Below, one piece after another: positions 1-12,200 of a DNA stretch of 64,000 bases. Source of the stretch: Trichosphaerium sp. ATCC 40318 (taxonomy: Eukaryota > Protista > Tubulinea). The stretch lies in assembly GCA_038496445.1 (NCBI GenBank), contig JALMLS010000593.1, positions 248,001 to 312,000 of the forward strand. Direction: 5' to 3'. How positions within the stretch are numbered: position 1 is the stretch's first letter; each line of letters starts with the position of its first letter. Below the pieces are notes generated by a model. It was not told the DNA's origin. It worked only from the letters and a program-made list of their open reading frames with translations, and ran no database searches. A program made the translations under genes and the position numbers.

Positions 1-488
1 TGGAGCTAATGTCCTCTTTAAGATAGGCGAGTGTGCCATATTTGGTGTCAAAGATGACTACAGAGGTGAAGTACCAATTGGGCTACTTCAATTAAAATCT
101 GGTGATCATACACGCTCAGATGAAGAGGTCATTGAAGCTACTATTAGTAGAGGTACCTTTGCTTGTTTCGCAAGTATTAAACTGAAGATTACATAGTGAG
201 AACAAAGTTTGGTGCTTTTGCCTGCTTTAAGGTACGTCACGTTTCGTCTGTTCTGAGTTATCTCATAGTTTACTAGGCGGCTGGTGTAGTCTCCGGTATT
301 CCAAAGACGAAATCAGGAAAAGTGATGCGTAATCTACTAAGGAAGATTGCGAATGGGGAATCTTATGATCGTACGAAAATACAAACTATGCTTGCAACTT
401 ATAATGTGTAGCTGGTGCTATTGAAGATGAAAGTGTGTTAGTACATGTTGAGGATAGCTTGAAGAAGATGGGCTTCCCTAAAAAGTAA
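1..488 (+). CDS. Acyl-CoA synthetase short-chain (ACSS3/PrpE-like), 3' part only
   Basis: Spliced exons read IGECAIFGVKDDYRGEVPIG...IPKTKSGKVMRNLLRKIANGE (AMP-binding C-terminal domain, PKTxSGK motif); TAA at 486-488. Confidence 0.85.
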
Positions 489-659
489 TTTTTATGGTAT
501 TCGTAAACTAGTCATTCATGAGAACCTTTACATAATCGATGGGCCATTCAATCTAATTCTTTATTCAATATTCAAATAAACGAAATTTCAAATTATTTCA
601 GAATTTTGGTTGTAGTGGGTGTGAGGCTTGTTTGGAGTTGGAAAAAGGGTTGATTGATA

Positions 660-3600
660 ATGGGGGATGGTAGGATAATGATATTAAGGTAATACAGATT
701 GATTTATTTGTAAATAGAACAGTTAACGCCAGAACAACTTGAAAGAGTGCATATGAATCGTTTGGAAGCCCTACATAGGCAGGCAGAGAAGAAACGGGTA
801 CGTTTTAGTGGAATTTTAATGTTTACGCGTATAGGCTATTGCCCTCAAAGCATTGAGCGACTTCAACATGATCCAAGCAGAAATTGCGAAGCAAACGGGC
901 CAAAAGCGAAAACGTTGTATAAAAGAGGATCTCCAAGCGTGTTGTACCTGCGGTTGCTGTAAAGAGCCTCCAAAGAAGCGAAGATCACCAGGTATTAATG
1001 TCAAGTGTCAACTGATTCCTAACTTTGTTTGTACTGAAGAAAAAAATACACTAGACAACAGTACTGTGTATGACGATTTTGATGGTACGTCTAAAATCAC
1101 AATTTGAGGAAAATAACATTCAACCAGATGACTTGCAACTCAAGAAATCATCACCTTGGCCTACACCCAAAAACCCACTTGTAATAAAACATAAGAAGAA
1201 AACCTCAAAGAAATTCTTTAAGAAAACACCAACAAAACCAAAGAAGCAATCTATGATATCCTTTGAAGCAGTGACTACGACATACACGCCGAAAGAAGAG
1301 ATCAACCGATATATAAGTAACGATCAATCACCTTCACCGAAATACAAGCGTAAATACAATGCAACAAAAGTCAGCCCAAAGACGAAGAAGTCTCCAAGAC
1401 AAAAGAAGCGAAGCATGGATGACACATTTAAAACTACGCTTCCTGATCAATACAAAACTGTAGATCAAAATGTTTTTGAGTTTGAGACATTCAAGAAAGT
1501 AGTACTCACTAGTAAAAGGTATAAAAATGCACGTGTTGTTTATGAAAATCTTACTAACTTTATCATGTTAAAAGTGTATTTTTGGGAGCTATTTGGGCTA
1601 ACGATGTCACCAACTTCAGGATACCTGTGTTCAGGGTAAGTTTATTCTATAGATATGTTGTATATATGTCTAAGATGCAAGTAGCGTGATGCAGGAGATG
1701 ACAAAGAGGATGTTGTCAATTTAAGCGAGCAATTAGAAGCTTTTTGTTTCACAGGACTTGGCTATGATGCTTTTTGCATTATGCAGTTTAATGATGAAGG
1801 AGAGGTATCCTTTAAAGATAAACTATCTTTCATTAAGGATATTCTATCACAAAATACATTGAGTAAGATATCCTTCAATGTACAGCGCATATTGAGGACA
1901 CTGTATACGCATACAGGCCCAAATAGTAAGTTAAATACAAGCATCTTCGTTACTAATTTCATAAATAGTTTCAGTTATCAATGTCTTTGACACTATGGTT
2001 GCTGGGTGGGTACGTATATGAAATTTAATGCTATTCAGTTACACTCATACTATACTAGATTGTTACGCCACACATGCCCAGTCATGCGTTCATTGAGCAA
2101 GTCAATCACTACCTTGGTGTGACTGAAGGTACTACTAAATGCACTAAGGACCACTAAATAACAATTACTGTCTAGAGGGTGATTGCTTTCAGTTAAACAA
2201 TGCACGACTAATACCACGTGATATGTCTTATTGTGAAAAATTACATAAACACCTTAAAGAAGTTTTGATTCAACAAGACCTTATAAATGCCATACAGAGG
2301 GAGTTTACGCTTGTTCCAATACTAAGCAGTACGTACTAAAAGAAATAAAAAACCAGCCAATAAATGCCTTCTCTGTCATTCATATCTAGTGTGCAGCGTG
2401 ATCCCGCTATAAGTGCATTAGATTGAGATTTACATTCTTTTTAGAGATGGAATTTGACGGTATTGGTTTTGCTCCTGATGTACTATCACAATATAATTCC
2501 CGATTGAAGGTAATCTTTTATACTTAAAAAACACGTGATAAACAATGTTTTAGAAACGTCGTAATGATTTAGAAGATGCAGCTGAAGAACTTGCTGGAAG
2601 TAGTTTCCTTCTTTCATCACCTAAACAAGTATCACAGGTACAGACTTCTAGTTGGCGCACGCTTAACCTTTGTTTTGTTAAGATGCTTTTTGACAAACTA
2701 CAAATTAAGTACCCTCTTAATAAGAAGCGTAATAAAAGCGGAGTGTATCCTTGTGACGAGAAAGTACTACGTATACTATCAAAGAGCAACCCGTTACCAG
2801 GATTGATACTACGTACGTTAAAGAGCAAAGAATAGAGTCATATTTTTTGTTAAAATCCAGGAAAATAGAATACAGAAAGATATCAAAGTACCTTTCAAAT
2901 TGGGTTGGTGGAATGGAACATTGGTGTAAAAGATATGTGCGTATTGCTTAAATGTTATCACAGTGTATAGCTCTAAAAGATACTGTCTAGGAACAGAATA
3001 ACCGTGTTTATTCTCATTGGAAACATACTGGTACAAGAACTGGTCGTCTTGCTTCTGTTAATCCAGTACTTTAATTTCTTTCTTTAACATCTTGGCTTAC
3101 TTCATTTAGAACCTACAAAATTTACCCAAGGAAAGCCTTGAGGTTACTTGTGATAACCTAGACAACATAGGACAACCCTCACAAGCAATATCACAAATAC
3201 AACAAAATTTTGAAGTTAATATTCGAGATGCATTTGTTCCTGCACCAGGAAGTGTTTTTGTGAGCGCAGGTAAGGATAAGGAAAAACTCAGATAAAGTTT
3301 TCGCCAGATTCAAAATCCCGTATTGCAATTTCTCTTTCTAATGTTTCTTAGATTATTCTCAAATTGAAATGCGTATTCTTGCACATGTGACTGATGATAA
3401 GTATCTTATTGCTTTCTTTAAAGAAGGTAGAGATATACATAGGCTTATAGCTGGTCGAATGTTTGGTACTGAGATTACAACAATGTTGACAGGGTTGATA
3501 ATTTGATAGGAAAGCCAGCTGATGCGGTCACATCAACTGAGCGTACAAGTGCCAAAAGAATCGTTTATGGCATTCTTTATGGAATGGGTACGTCAATTAT

Positions 3601-4648
3601 GTTATAGAGACGTTTTTAACTATCTTATAAAGGAGACAAATCCCTCTCTGGTACTCTGAAAGTATCACCTGCAAAGGCTCGTCAGTTTCGTGAGTCATTT
3701 TTGGGAAAGGTATGTAGAAGCCGTCCTTCAAGGCCTTCGCAAGAATATCTACCTGCATCGTTTGAGATAGAAATTTGCATTATTCTTTCATTTCAATACC
3801 AGACCGCGGTCTGTTGCTTCATCGAGGCTGTAACATTTTATACTAATTTATTTAGTTTCCAAAAGTTGCAGAGTATATGAGTTATATTTTATCTTATGCA
3901 CGTGAGAAAGGTGAAGTAAGAACACTATTCAACAGGAAGAGGTATGAGAAAAACAAGCTAGCGATCTAATATCAAGTTAAGGATACTCGCCGATATTAAT
4001 AGCAAGGATGAATTTATACGTGCAAGCGATGAACGAAAAGCTTTGAATTCTGTTATACAAGGAACAGCTGCTGACCTTATTAAAGTGGCTATGGCTTCTA
4101 TACATAAAGCAATAAATAGTGCACAGTATGGCTTGAATGGAAAAGCTAAACTTGTACTACAAGTCCACGATGAACTAGGTACTTTGATGAAAAAAAAAAG
4201 TTAGTGATAAATAACTTTGTATTTTAGTTTATGAAGTAAATGAGAGTGTCAAGGATAAAATGATAAAATTAATAAAGCAAAAAATGGAAAATGTAATGCC
4301 AGAGTGTAAAGTTGATTTAAATGTATCAATGTACGTCCAGCAGTCGAGCAAAAAAGTGAAAACCAAAAGTTAAAAACTTAATTAAAATCTAGGGCTTTTG
4401 GATATAGCTGGGGTTCTATGGCAGAAATAGATACTTCTATGGTTCCTCCATTATCACTTGGTTCAATGGATGATGTAGACACAATATTTGATTGTATTTC
4501 TCCTGTGACTGATGTACAAACAGTGCCTGTCCCTGATACACAACAAGACATTTTTGCATCACAAGACTCGGTTGTAGGCTCATTTGGGAGTTCACAACAA
4601 CAGAGTCAAGACGAACCCAACATCTTTGCCGAGATGGAGGATGACTAA
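660..4648 (+). CDS. Family A DNA polymerase, Pol nu/Pol theta-like polymerase domain without helicase
   Basis: Spliced motifs TGTRTGRLASVNPNLQNLPK, motif A ADYSQIEMRILAH, motif B RTSAKRIVYGILYGMG, NSVIQGTAADLIK and motif C LQVHDEL. Basic low-complexity N-terminus and acidic tail. Start approximate. Confidence 0.85.
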
Positions 4649-4735
4649 TTCATTGTGTAATAAAAATATATGTCTGCTGTGTCGGAAAAACCACAAAATG
4701 TACGGAATCCAAAAAATGAAGATTTGGGAGAAATA

Positions 4736-5590
4736 TGAATAAAAACAAGTTTGCTATTTTTTATAATTATTGTTCTTTCAGAGAATCTTTCTGACAATAT
4801 TGCTAGGTACACGTGCTTGTCATCATTCGGAAATCTTGCAATGATATTTCTTGGTTCTAGAAAGTTGCTTTGCATGAATGAGGCAGAATTCAAGAGGCCT
4901 GTAGACAGTTATCTTTGGCTAGGACAAGTGGCTTAGTGACATTAGAGTTTTACTCACTTTTTATATTAGGTCTTTGTACATTCAACTGGAATTCGTTGAC
5001 TGAATTTACTTATATCGCTTGGCTATATGGCATGCTTTACACTTTTTGGATAAAGAAACAGTCACAAACTGTTGACTGTGATCACGTGAAATTGTACAAT
5101 TAGCTAATTCTGTTCTCGTGGTTATTCTTTATAATGTTACCTTGGGTAGTTGTAGTAGGTTGGGATATCGGCTATCTTGTAGAAGACAACTTTGGACCAA
5201 ATGTGATCGTTCATACAACATGTGCAATACATTTTTTACAAAAATCCAAGCAGTATTACTTGTTAGTTTAGTGACACTTACATACTCCCTTGTTCTAAGC
5301 CCTACTATTGTCTTGAAAGTAACTGATAGTGATGTAAAGACAATAGAGGCTTTTTTCAATTGGGTAAAAAATACTCCAGAAACAGCTGTCAAAACCTCCT
5401 ATGGTGAGTTTGTTCTTCTCTTTCGCAGTGTTGTTAGCTCCCAAAGTAGTAAGTTTGTAATTACGTAGCCACTTTAGTCTTACTTGGTTGAGCCAAATCC
5501 ACAGCTGCTTCCACAACGAACGGAAATGGCATTACTGATGAGAAGACTCCGGAATAAAGACCAAGGAATCAGTGGACAGTACAGAATTAG
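4736..5590 (+). CDS. Hypothetical multi-exon protein with a hydrophobic segment
   Basis: Short open blocks bounded by GT/GC..AG (KLLCMNEAEFKRPVDSYLWLG; LILFSWLFFIMLPWVVVVGWDIG; PTIVLKVTDSDVKTIEAFFNW). No family recognised; ends uncertain. Confidence 0.35.
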
Positions 5591-5805
5591 ACGTACGACT
5601 AACAACCTAGCTGCCTCATATCTCCTTTTCAACATTTTTTGTCTAAACACCAATAAATCTGTCGTTTTTGTACAACAGCGTCTCATAAAACAAATCGCAT
5701 AGAACTCATTCACAAGTACATTTAGATAGAACTTTATTAATACACTATACTACCTTGGCCGAGCGTAAGAGGATTTGGTGTCCTCCTTTTACACTTATAT
5801 AAAGT

Positions 5806-7080
5806 CTAATAGCCCTTGTCAAGAACATGCATGATAGCTTGATCAACATTTCCATTAAAGTCTTTGAGTAACTTGATATTCTTCTCAGGGTTAACGAATC
5901 CCATCTCAGTCAAAGTCTGACAAACGAGTTAGTTAACGAACAAAAAAAAAAAAGCCTCACAAGCCTGAAAAAACCATACCTTTAGGAAAGACAATTGTTT
6001 AGGGTCCATCTTTGGACGGAGAGGAGCAATGACTTTCTCAAACTCAGGGCACTTTCTCACGTTCTCCAAGTCAGGATCAGACAACAAATGTTGTAGATTA
6101 TTGTAACCAAGTTTAATGGAGGCCTCCAATCTAGGAAAAAAAAGAACTTTAGCAACATTTCAACTTAAACAAAAAACCAAGCAAAACGTACGATTCAAAA
6201 GCTTCTTGAACGCGACCGAGTAGGGAGCAAGCGCAAGATAGGTTATAGTGTGCAATCATATCGTTAGGATTCATCTTAATCATTGCCTAACGTTGGGGTT
6301 ACAAAGATGAGGTTTAATTCATGTATGCGTACAGTAAGGATTTGATGAGCGTTTTGGAACAATTCAGTGTTGCCTACTGCATTCAATAGTTCTAATGATT
6401 GTTTGTGTAGAAGAGTATAGAGCTTTCCGATGTTAACATCAAGATCAACCTCATTATTAGGCAAATGGTCGATTTTAAAGGCTGGTTTCATCCATTCTGG
6501 AATGTTGAATGGTAAGATTTTGCCTCCTGGGAATAGGGAAGCCAATCCTTCTGGAACAGCGCTTTGTAATGCTAGAACGAGGTCATCAGGGTATTGCTCT
6601 TTAGCAGGCTCAACTAATGACAAGTTATGGGTCATCATAGAAACTTGTAGAGTAGGTACCTGCTTCCTCTTTCTTTTGTTCGTAAACGCGTACAACTGCT
6701 GGTGCAGGGCCGTCGCGAAAATATGGGTGGTTTCCTTGTAAAAATAAGTAAAAAGAAAAAAAAACGGTTTGTCGCGTTTTACCTTGTTTTACCCATAATT
6801 TTAGGGGAGACACGCCGGCGTTACAGTTTAAGAATTCTTCCCACTCGTTTTGTCCGCCTAGGTTTTCATTTAATGGAATTACAGTTAATATTTTACAATG
6901 CGCACCTATCGTAATTTTATCGCCGTCAGGGTCTGTATATTGCAGGCTCATTTCTGGGTGGTATGTATCGGCGTACAGCTTTGATAGTGTCTGTACAACC
7001 TGTTCAAAAGACCCTGTAGGTACGCGTATACGGCGCACATCATCTGGGGAGAAATATATCTTCAAGGAGGACTGTTCCAT
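5806..7080 (-). CDS. PB1 - TPR - UBA domain protein (p62/SQSTM1/NBR1-like scaffold)
   Basis: N-terminal PB1 (LKIYFSPDDVRRIRV...LQYTDPDGDKITI); TPR with capping helix (NPNDMIAHYNLSCACSLLG...LGYNNLQHLLSDPDLENVR); C-terminal UBA (LTEMGFVNPEKNIKLLKDFNGNVDQAI). Confidence 0.75.
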
Positions 7081-7213
7081 GGTGTTTTGTGTTTTTTTTG
7101 AATGAATTGTTAACTAGCGACTTTTCCAGCAAAAACCGGAGCGCACCAAATTCCTTGTGTAAGACAAACTGTCAGTTTGTACACGACATTAGTACATAGT
7201 AATGAAACTGTAG

Positions 7214-9144
7214 ATGGAAGATTTCATAGTAAACGGTCAATACAACGCCATTTTGAGGGACAACCCTGGCAGAAAGGCTCAAGTGCGAAAATTGATTCGC
7301 ATATTTGGTAAGGTGCGCGTGTAAGAGTAGTTTGGTGAAAAATCGAATGACACCAACCGTTGTAGGCGACAGACAGCATGCCAAACCTCCCTATGCACAT
7401 ATATGGTACCGTCGTTTAACTTTATTTTACCGCGCGATTTAAAATGTGCTAGGCGCCGAATCAGAAGACTCTGCTGTACTAATTACGCGTATTTTACTCG
7501 AAATGCGAGCAATATACGCATTTGTAGATAGTGTAACGCAGTACGAAAATAAACTTCTGTTCGAATGTGCGAAGCAAACATCCCTTTTTATTGCGTACAA
7601 CTTACAATGAGTAGCTTTGCTAGCACAAATTCTTGAACGGATTCAGCTCAAATATCCCAACCAACAAAAAACAAACACGGCAACAACATCCTATGGAGGA
7701 GGCATGTCAAGATTTGCAAAGATCCTAAAGGAAGCAACAGGTTTGTAACATCAAAAAAAAAGAAAAAAAAGACAATCCTCTCACTCACACGTGACACAGA
7801 GCCAGTGCCAAATGAAACGATTTTCTTGGTTGTAGCGAATGCCAAGCGCCTTTACGAACGCAGTTCAGAGATTTATCTTGCGCTTGGTACAATCGGTCGG
7901 TCTATAGGCACGCACCAATTCAAAAAAAATTTATAAAACCATCAGTTACTCTTTGCTAATGGTAATAAGGAAGAGATATTTCGGTGATATTTATATGCAA
8001 TACACCACATTATTTCCACTCTAAATCTCTTGGTGATGTACCTGAATCCCTCCAAATATACTTCCCTCCGTACTCTAAGGGTACGTCCAATTACTTGCAC
8101 TCTTAGTGTTTTTAATTTCTTTTTCTTTTTTAGCTGCAATTTGTAGGAAGCTTACTCAGGACAAGACACAAGATCCTGATTATGTTGACTATAGATATTG
8201 TATAGAAAAATGCGTGGATGTCTTCTATCCTATCTCTAGGTCTTTACCTGAACTTGAGGCTATTTGTAATATTGTATTTGTAAAGTTCATGGCACCTCTA
8301 CGAAATAACCAAGGTATGACTTTTCATTTTTATTGTTTTTTGCCACCTAGAAAATGTCAACGTTGTGTTCCCCCAACACCAACTTTGGACTTTTATTTCA
8401 ATACTCCGGTCTGTTTAGCAAGGCTGTGTTTATAAAATGTAATGATACACTAATTTTGTTTTAATATAGTCAAGCGAGAAGGCAATTACCAACTAAAATT
8501 ATTTAAAATGGTTCAAGTTAGTATAAGGAAAATACTTAATAATCTAAACATGCAAGCTACATCTCTTGGAGATCAATTAAATCGTCAGTATTCGGATCTT
8601 CCTGGTAATACTCCAGATTTTGGACAAGAACTTCCAAAACATGCCAAATACCTATTGATTGCATCTTACCTTGCAACTCATAACCCAAAAGGAAGTGATG
8701 AGCGTATTTTTGGTACTCATAATAAGGCACGACGAGTTAAGGGAGGTAAATACAGGAGAGCTAGAACGGTAATAATCAAAAATAGTCTTCATTTCTTAAC
8801 GTGCTTATTTTGAACTTCAGGGAACGAAAAGTAAGAGCACTGGCCCTGCAAACTTTACAATAGAGAGAATGCTTGCCATATACAAAGCTATTACGCAAGA
8901 CACTCAAGAGAAGCGTGTACAATTCTCTGATGCTCATAACTTGGCTCAGGTATCTTAGATTAGTTCTTAATCGTAATTTAAATATGTATAGGTGAGTACT
9001 TTAGTGTCGCTTGGACTTTTAAGAGAAGTTGATTCAACCAACATGTCTAAAATGGTCTACAAGTGCCGTGTTGATTTACAGTATATTAAGACGCTGTCTG
9101 ATTCATTAAGCTTTGCTATAAACTCCTTTTTGAATGAGGAGTGA
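7214..9144 (+). CDS. ORC5: Origin recognition complex subunit 5
   Basis: N-terminal NPGRKAQVRKLIRIFG; C-terminal ORC5 signature LPKHAKYLLIASYLATHNP, GPANFTIERMLAIY, QVSTLVSLGLL, YKCRV; TGA at 9142-9144. Confidence 0.85.
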
Positions 9145-9250
9145 CGCTAAAAGGAAGAAGAAGTCTCTTTTAGTAAAAACTGTTCAATAAACCTTGTAAT
9201 TTTGATAACAGATCAGAAGCAGCATTTAATTACGATGCAGGCATACCGTT

Positions 9251-12200
9251 ATGGCCTCTGGGATTAAATTTAGGTTTAATAAGCTATGGGCGAACAAAAA
9301 CGTTGTTGATCCAAGCAATTTGAATAATGAGATACATTGTATATGCGTAAACAAACGTAAGTGTCTGTCTGACACCAAAGCACTCACACGAATAGCGGAC
9401 TATGTTTATCTTGGTACTACTAATGGTACCATTATATTGCTACAGTATGAGGAACGGTTAGGGGCAACATCATCCAAGGTAACTTTTTTTGTTTGACACA
9501 ATACGCTATAACTACATCGCTAGCGTAAGCACTCTATGACGTTCAAAACAAAGTTGAGTGTTGGTGACAAGTGTATTGTCGAATTACAGGTAAACGACGC
9601 ATTAAAAACACCATACCTACACGTAAAATAGGTTGTTAGTGGAGACGTTAATTATTTGCTCGTGCTTCAAAATGGCGAACTGACCTTACACGATCTATTT
9701 ACGCTTGAAAGAAAGATCACACTACCTTTCAAGGGTATTACAACATTTACATGTGCGCATAAATCCAATCAAAAAAAAAACTTGAGTCGTTTTCTGAAGC
9801 AAGTTATAGGTAATAACGGCGAGCCTTATTATGGTCTTTGTGTACACATTAGAAAGAAATTGTTTGTGTACAATTTTGAGCAGGGTTTTGATATCTTCAA
9901 GGTAAGCACGCTTAGTTATTTTTTTGGTTTTTTCAAGAAATTAAAAAAAAATCAGTGTATTTATTGAGGTTAGGAATACTACCTTCCAGAAGTACCTTCG
10001 ACATTATGTTGGTGTAAAAACTTTATATGTGTTGGATTTAAGGAAGAATACTCTTTGTTGAATGTTATGGATGGTGGTGTAATGGAGCTAACAAAATGGG
10101 AAAGAGGCGAACCTGCAATCAAATTGTTACCAACAGATGACATTATTTTAAAAACAAAAAGTACTCTCACTACGCTTGTAAGTTGGTTATATCTGCTAAT
10201 TTTTTCTATAGCGCAAGGAATATTTACTAATCTCAAAGGAAAGAAACAAAGTGTAACTATACCACTACCGGAAAAGACACTTGCTTTTGGTAAACAAACA
10301 CATTGTATTCACATGTCGCTTACTTATTTTCATTAAGGTTTAAGTTTCCCTTTCCTAGTTGCTATGACAGAAGGCTCTATCCAAGCTACGAACCTTGTTT
10401 CCGCATCGTTTCGGACAACACAAAAAAGACCAAGTGATACCGAAGCCCTAAAATGCATGGCTGATTCTGGAAGGCAAGAAACATTGATCCCGTTAATTTT
10501 ATAACAAAAGTATAGGCGAATCTTTGTTGCAGATGCCTCTACATTGTATATTTTAACACCATCTCGGCGTAATTACCAGGTGAATACATACTCTGTTCTC
10601 CTTACTAGGCTAACTCTTTTTTTCAAGTGCTTTAGTACAGACATGCTAAACCAAGTTCAAGAGAATCCAACCGATGTAGCTTTGTTCAAAAAATACATGG
10701 GTCTTCTTCTCGGGTTTGTATTTTTTTGTGGATAATCACTAACTTTAATCCTTTGTAGAGATACTAATAATCCCTTCGCTGTACTTGTTTCAAAATATGC
10801 ACTTAGTTTCGAACGCGCTTACGGTGGAGCAAAGGCCAATTTTTCGAATTTGACACGTGCCAAAAACCACGCCTTAGTTTGTATAAGTGCGTATAGTTTT
10901 TCATAGTTTTTTTTGTCATTTTACTCACTGTTGTACCTTTGTAAATAGAGCGATTGTATCGTGTGGTTACATCATTCTTTTATGATTTCGCTTGTAATTT
11001 ATACAGAGACCAGTTATTGGCGTCTATTGAAGCTTCATTCTTTAGTAAGATTTATTATGATATTTCGAAATTGATAAAGGAAAAAGTACGATTGATTTGA
11101 CCACTTGCTTCCAGTTTTTTTCTTAACAGTTCAATTGCAGACCTTAGCAAAGGATATGAAGTGGAATTCCACGCTTCCAAAAGTACACAACACTACATTG
11201 GCAAAGCTTGATGTACCTAAGAAGTATTGGCTCACTTGGGTACGACTTAGTGTTTTGACCAGGATTGTTAGTTTACAACATGCTAACAATTCACCTAGGA
11301 ATCTGTTAAAGAGGAACATGATAAAGACTTACAAAAAATGCTAAAGCGTCAAGTACAAAGTGCTGAAACAGATGGGACTATTACTATCACTACAAAAGCT
11401 GAATTATTCGATATTGATGTTTTCACTAAAGTATTTGAAAAGAAAGCAAACATTTTGGCGCTATCTCAACAAAACAGTATCCCAATGCTTTTTCACCAAT
11501 TACATTATTTTTTTTGTTTTTGAATACAGTTTTTATGATACCTTAACATGATCCATACCACATGTACATAAAATACGAAGATAGAGAAAAAACAATCAAT
11601 ATTTCAATTGAAGATCAGTTTTTTTACAACAAGGTACAAACACCTTTTTTTTGAACTTCATGACAATGTGTCACTTCTTTACTTTCTTTGTTTATAGCTG
11701 CAATTGGCTGTCATGTGGGCGCGTGTTGAGCACCACTTTTATAAGATCAAATTCAAAAGCGAACGGTACGTTGACAGATAGTTTGTTTATTCGAGCTGAA
11801 CTAACTCTGTTAAGGGAATACAAGACTTTCAAACAGCAATTACATAATCATTTTATAAGTATTCGAAATTCTCCTCTTCCTAAGAAGAAAGTCAACACAG
11901 ATACCATAAAAGCTCCTGCTAGTAGTGATCAAATTACAATACCAAAGCTAAAGCCATCAGCTACAAGACCAAAGAGTGATAGTAGTAAACCACAACGAGG
12001 TGGTAAAACTTTTTGGCGAAGAGCGGTATTAATACATTTTTGATTATTAGTGCGCTTATAGTTACACTGCTTAGGCATCTTCCAGAGGTAGTGATCCAAA
12101 AAACCCAAGATTACAGGGTCTTAAAAAACGCCCACGATCACTTTCTATGGGTTTAGCACGTGTCAATTTTATACATCATACTGATGAAGAAGAAAACGGA

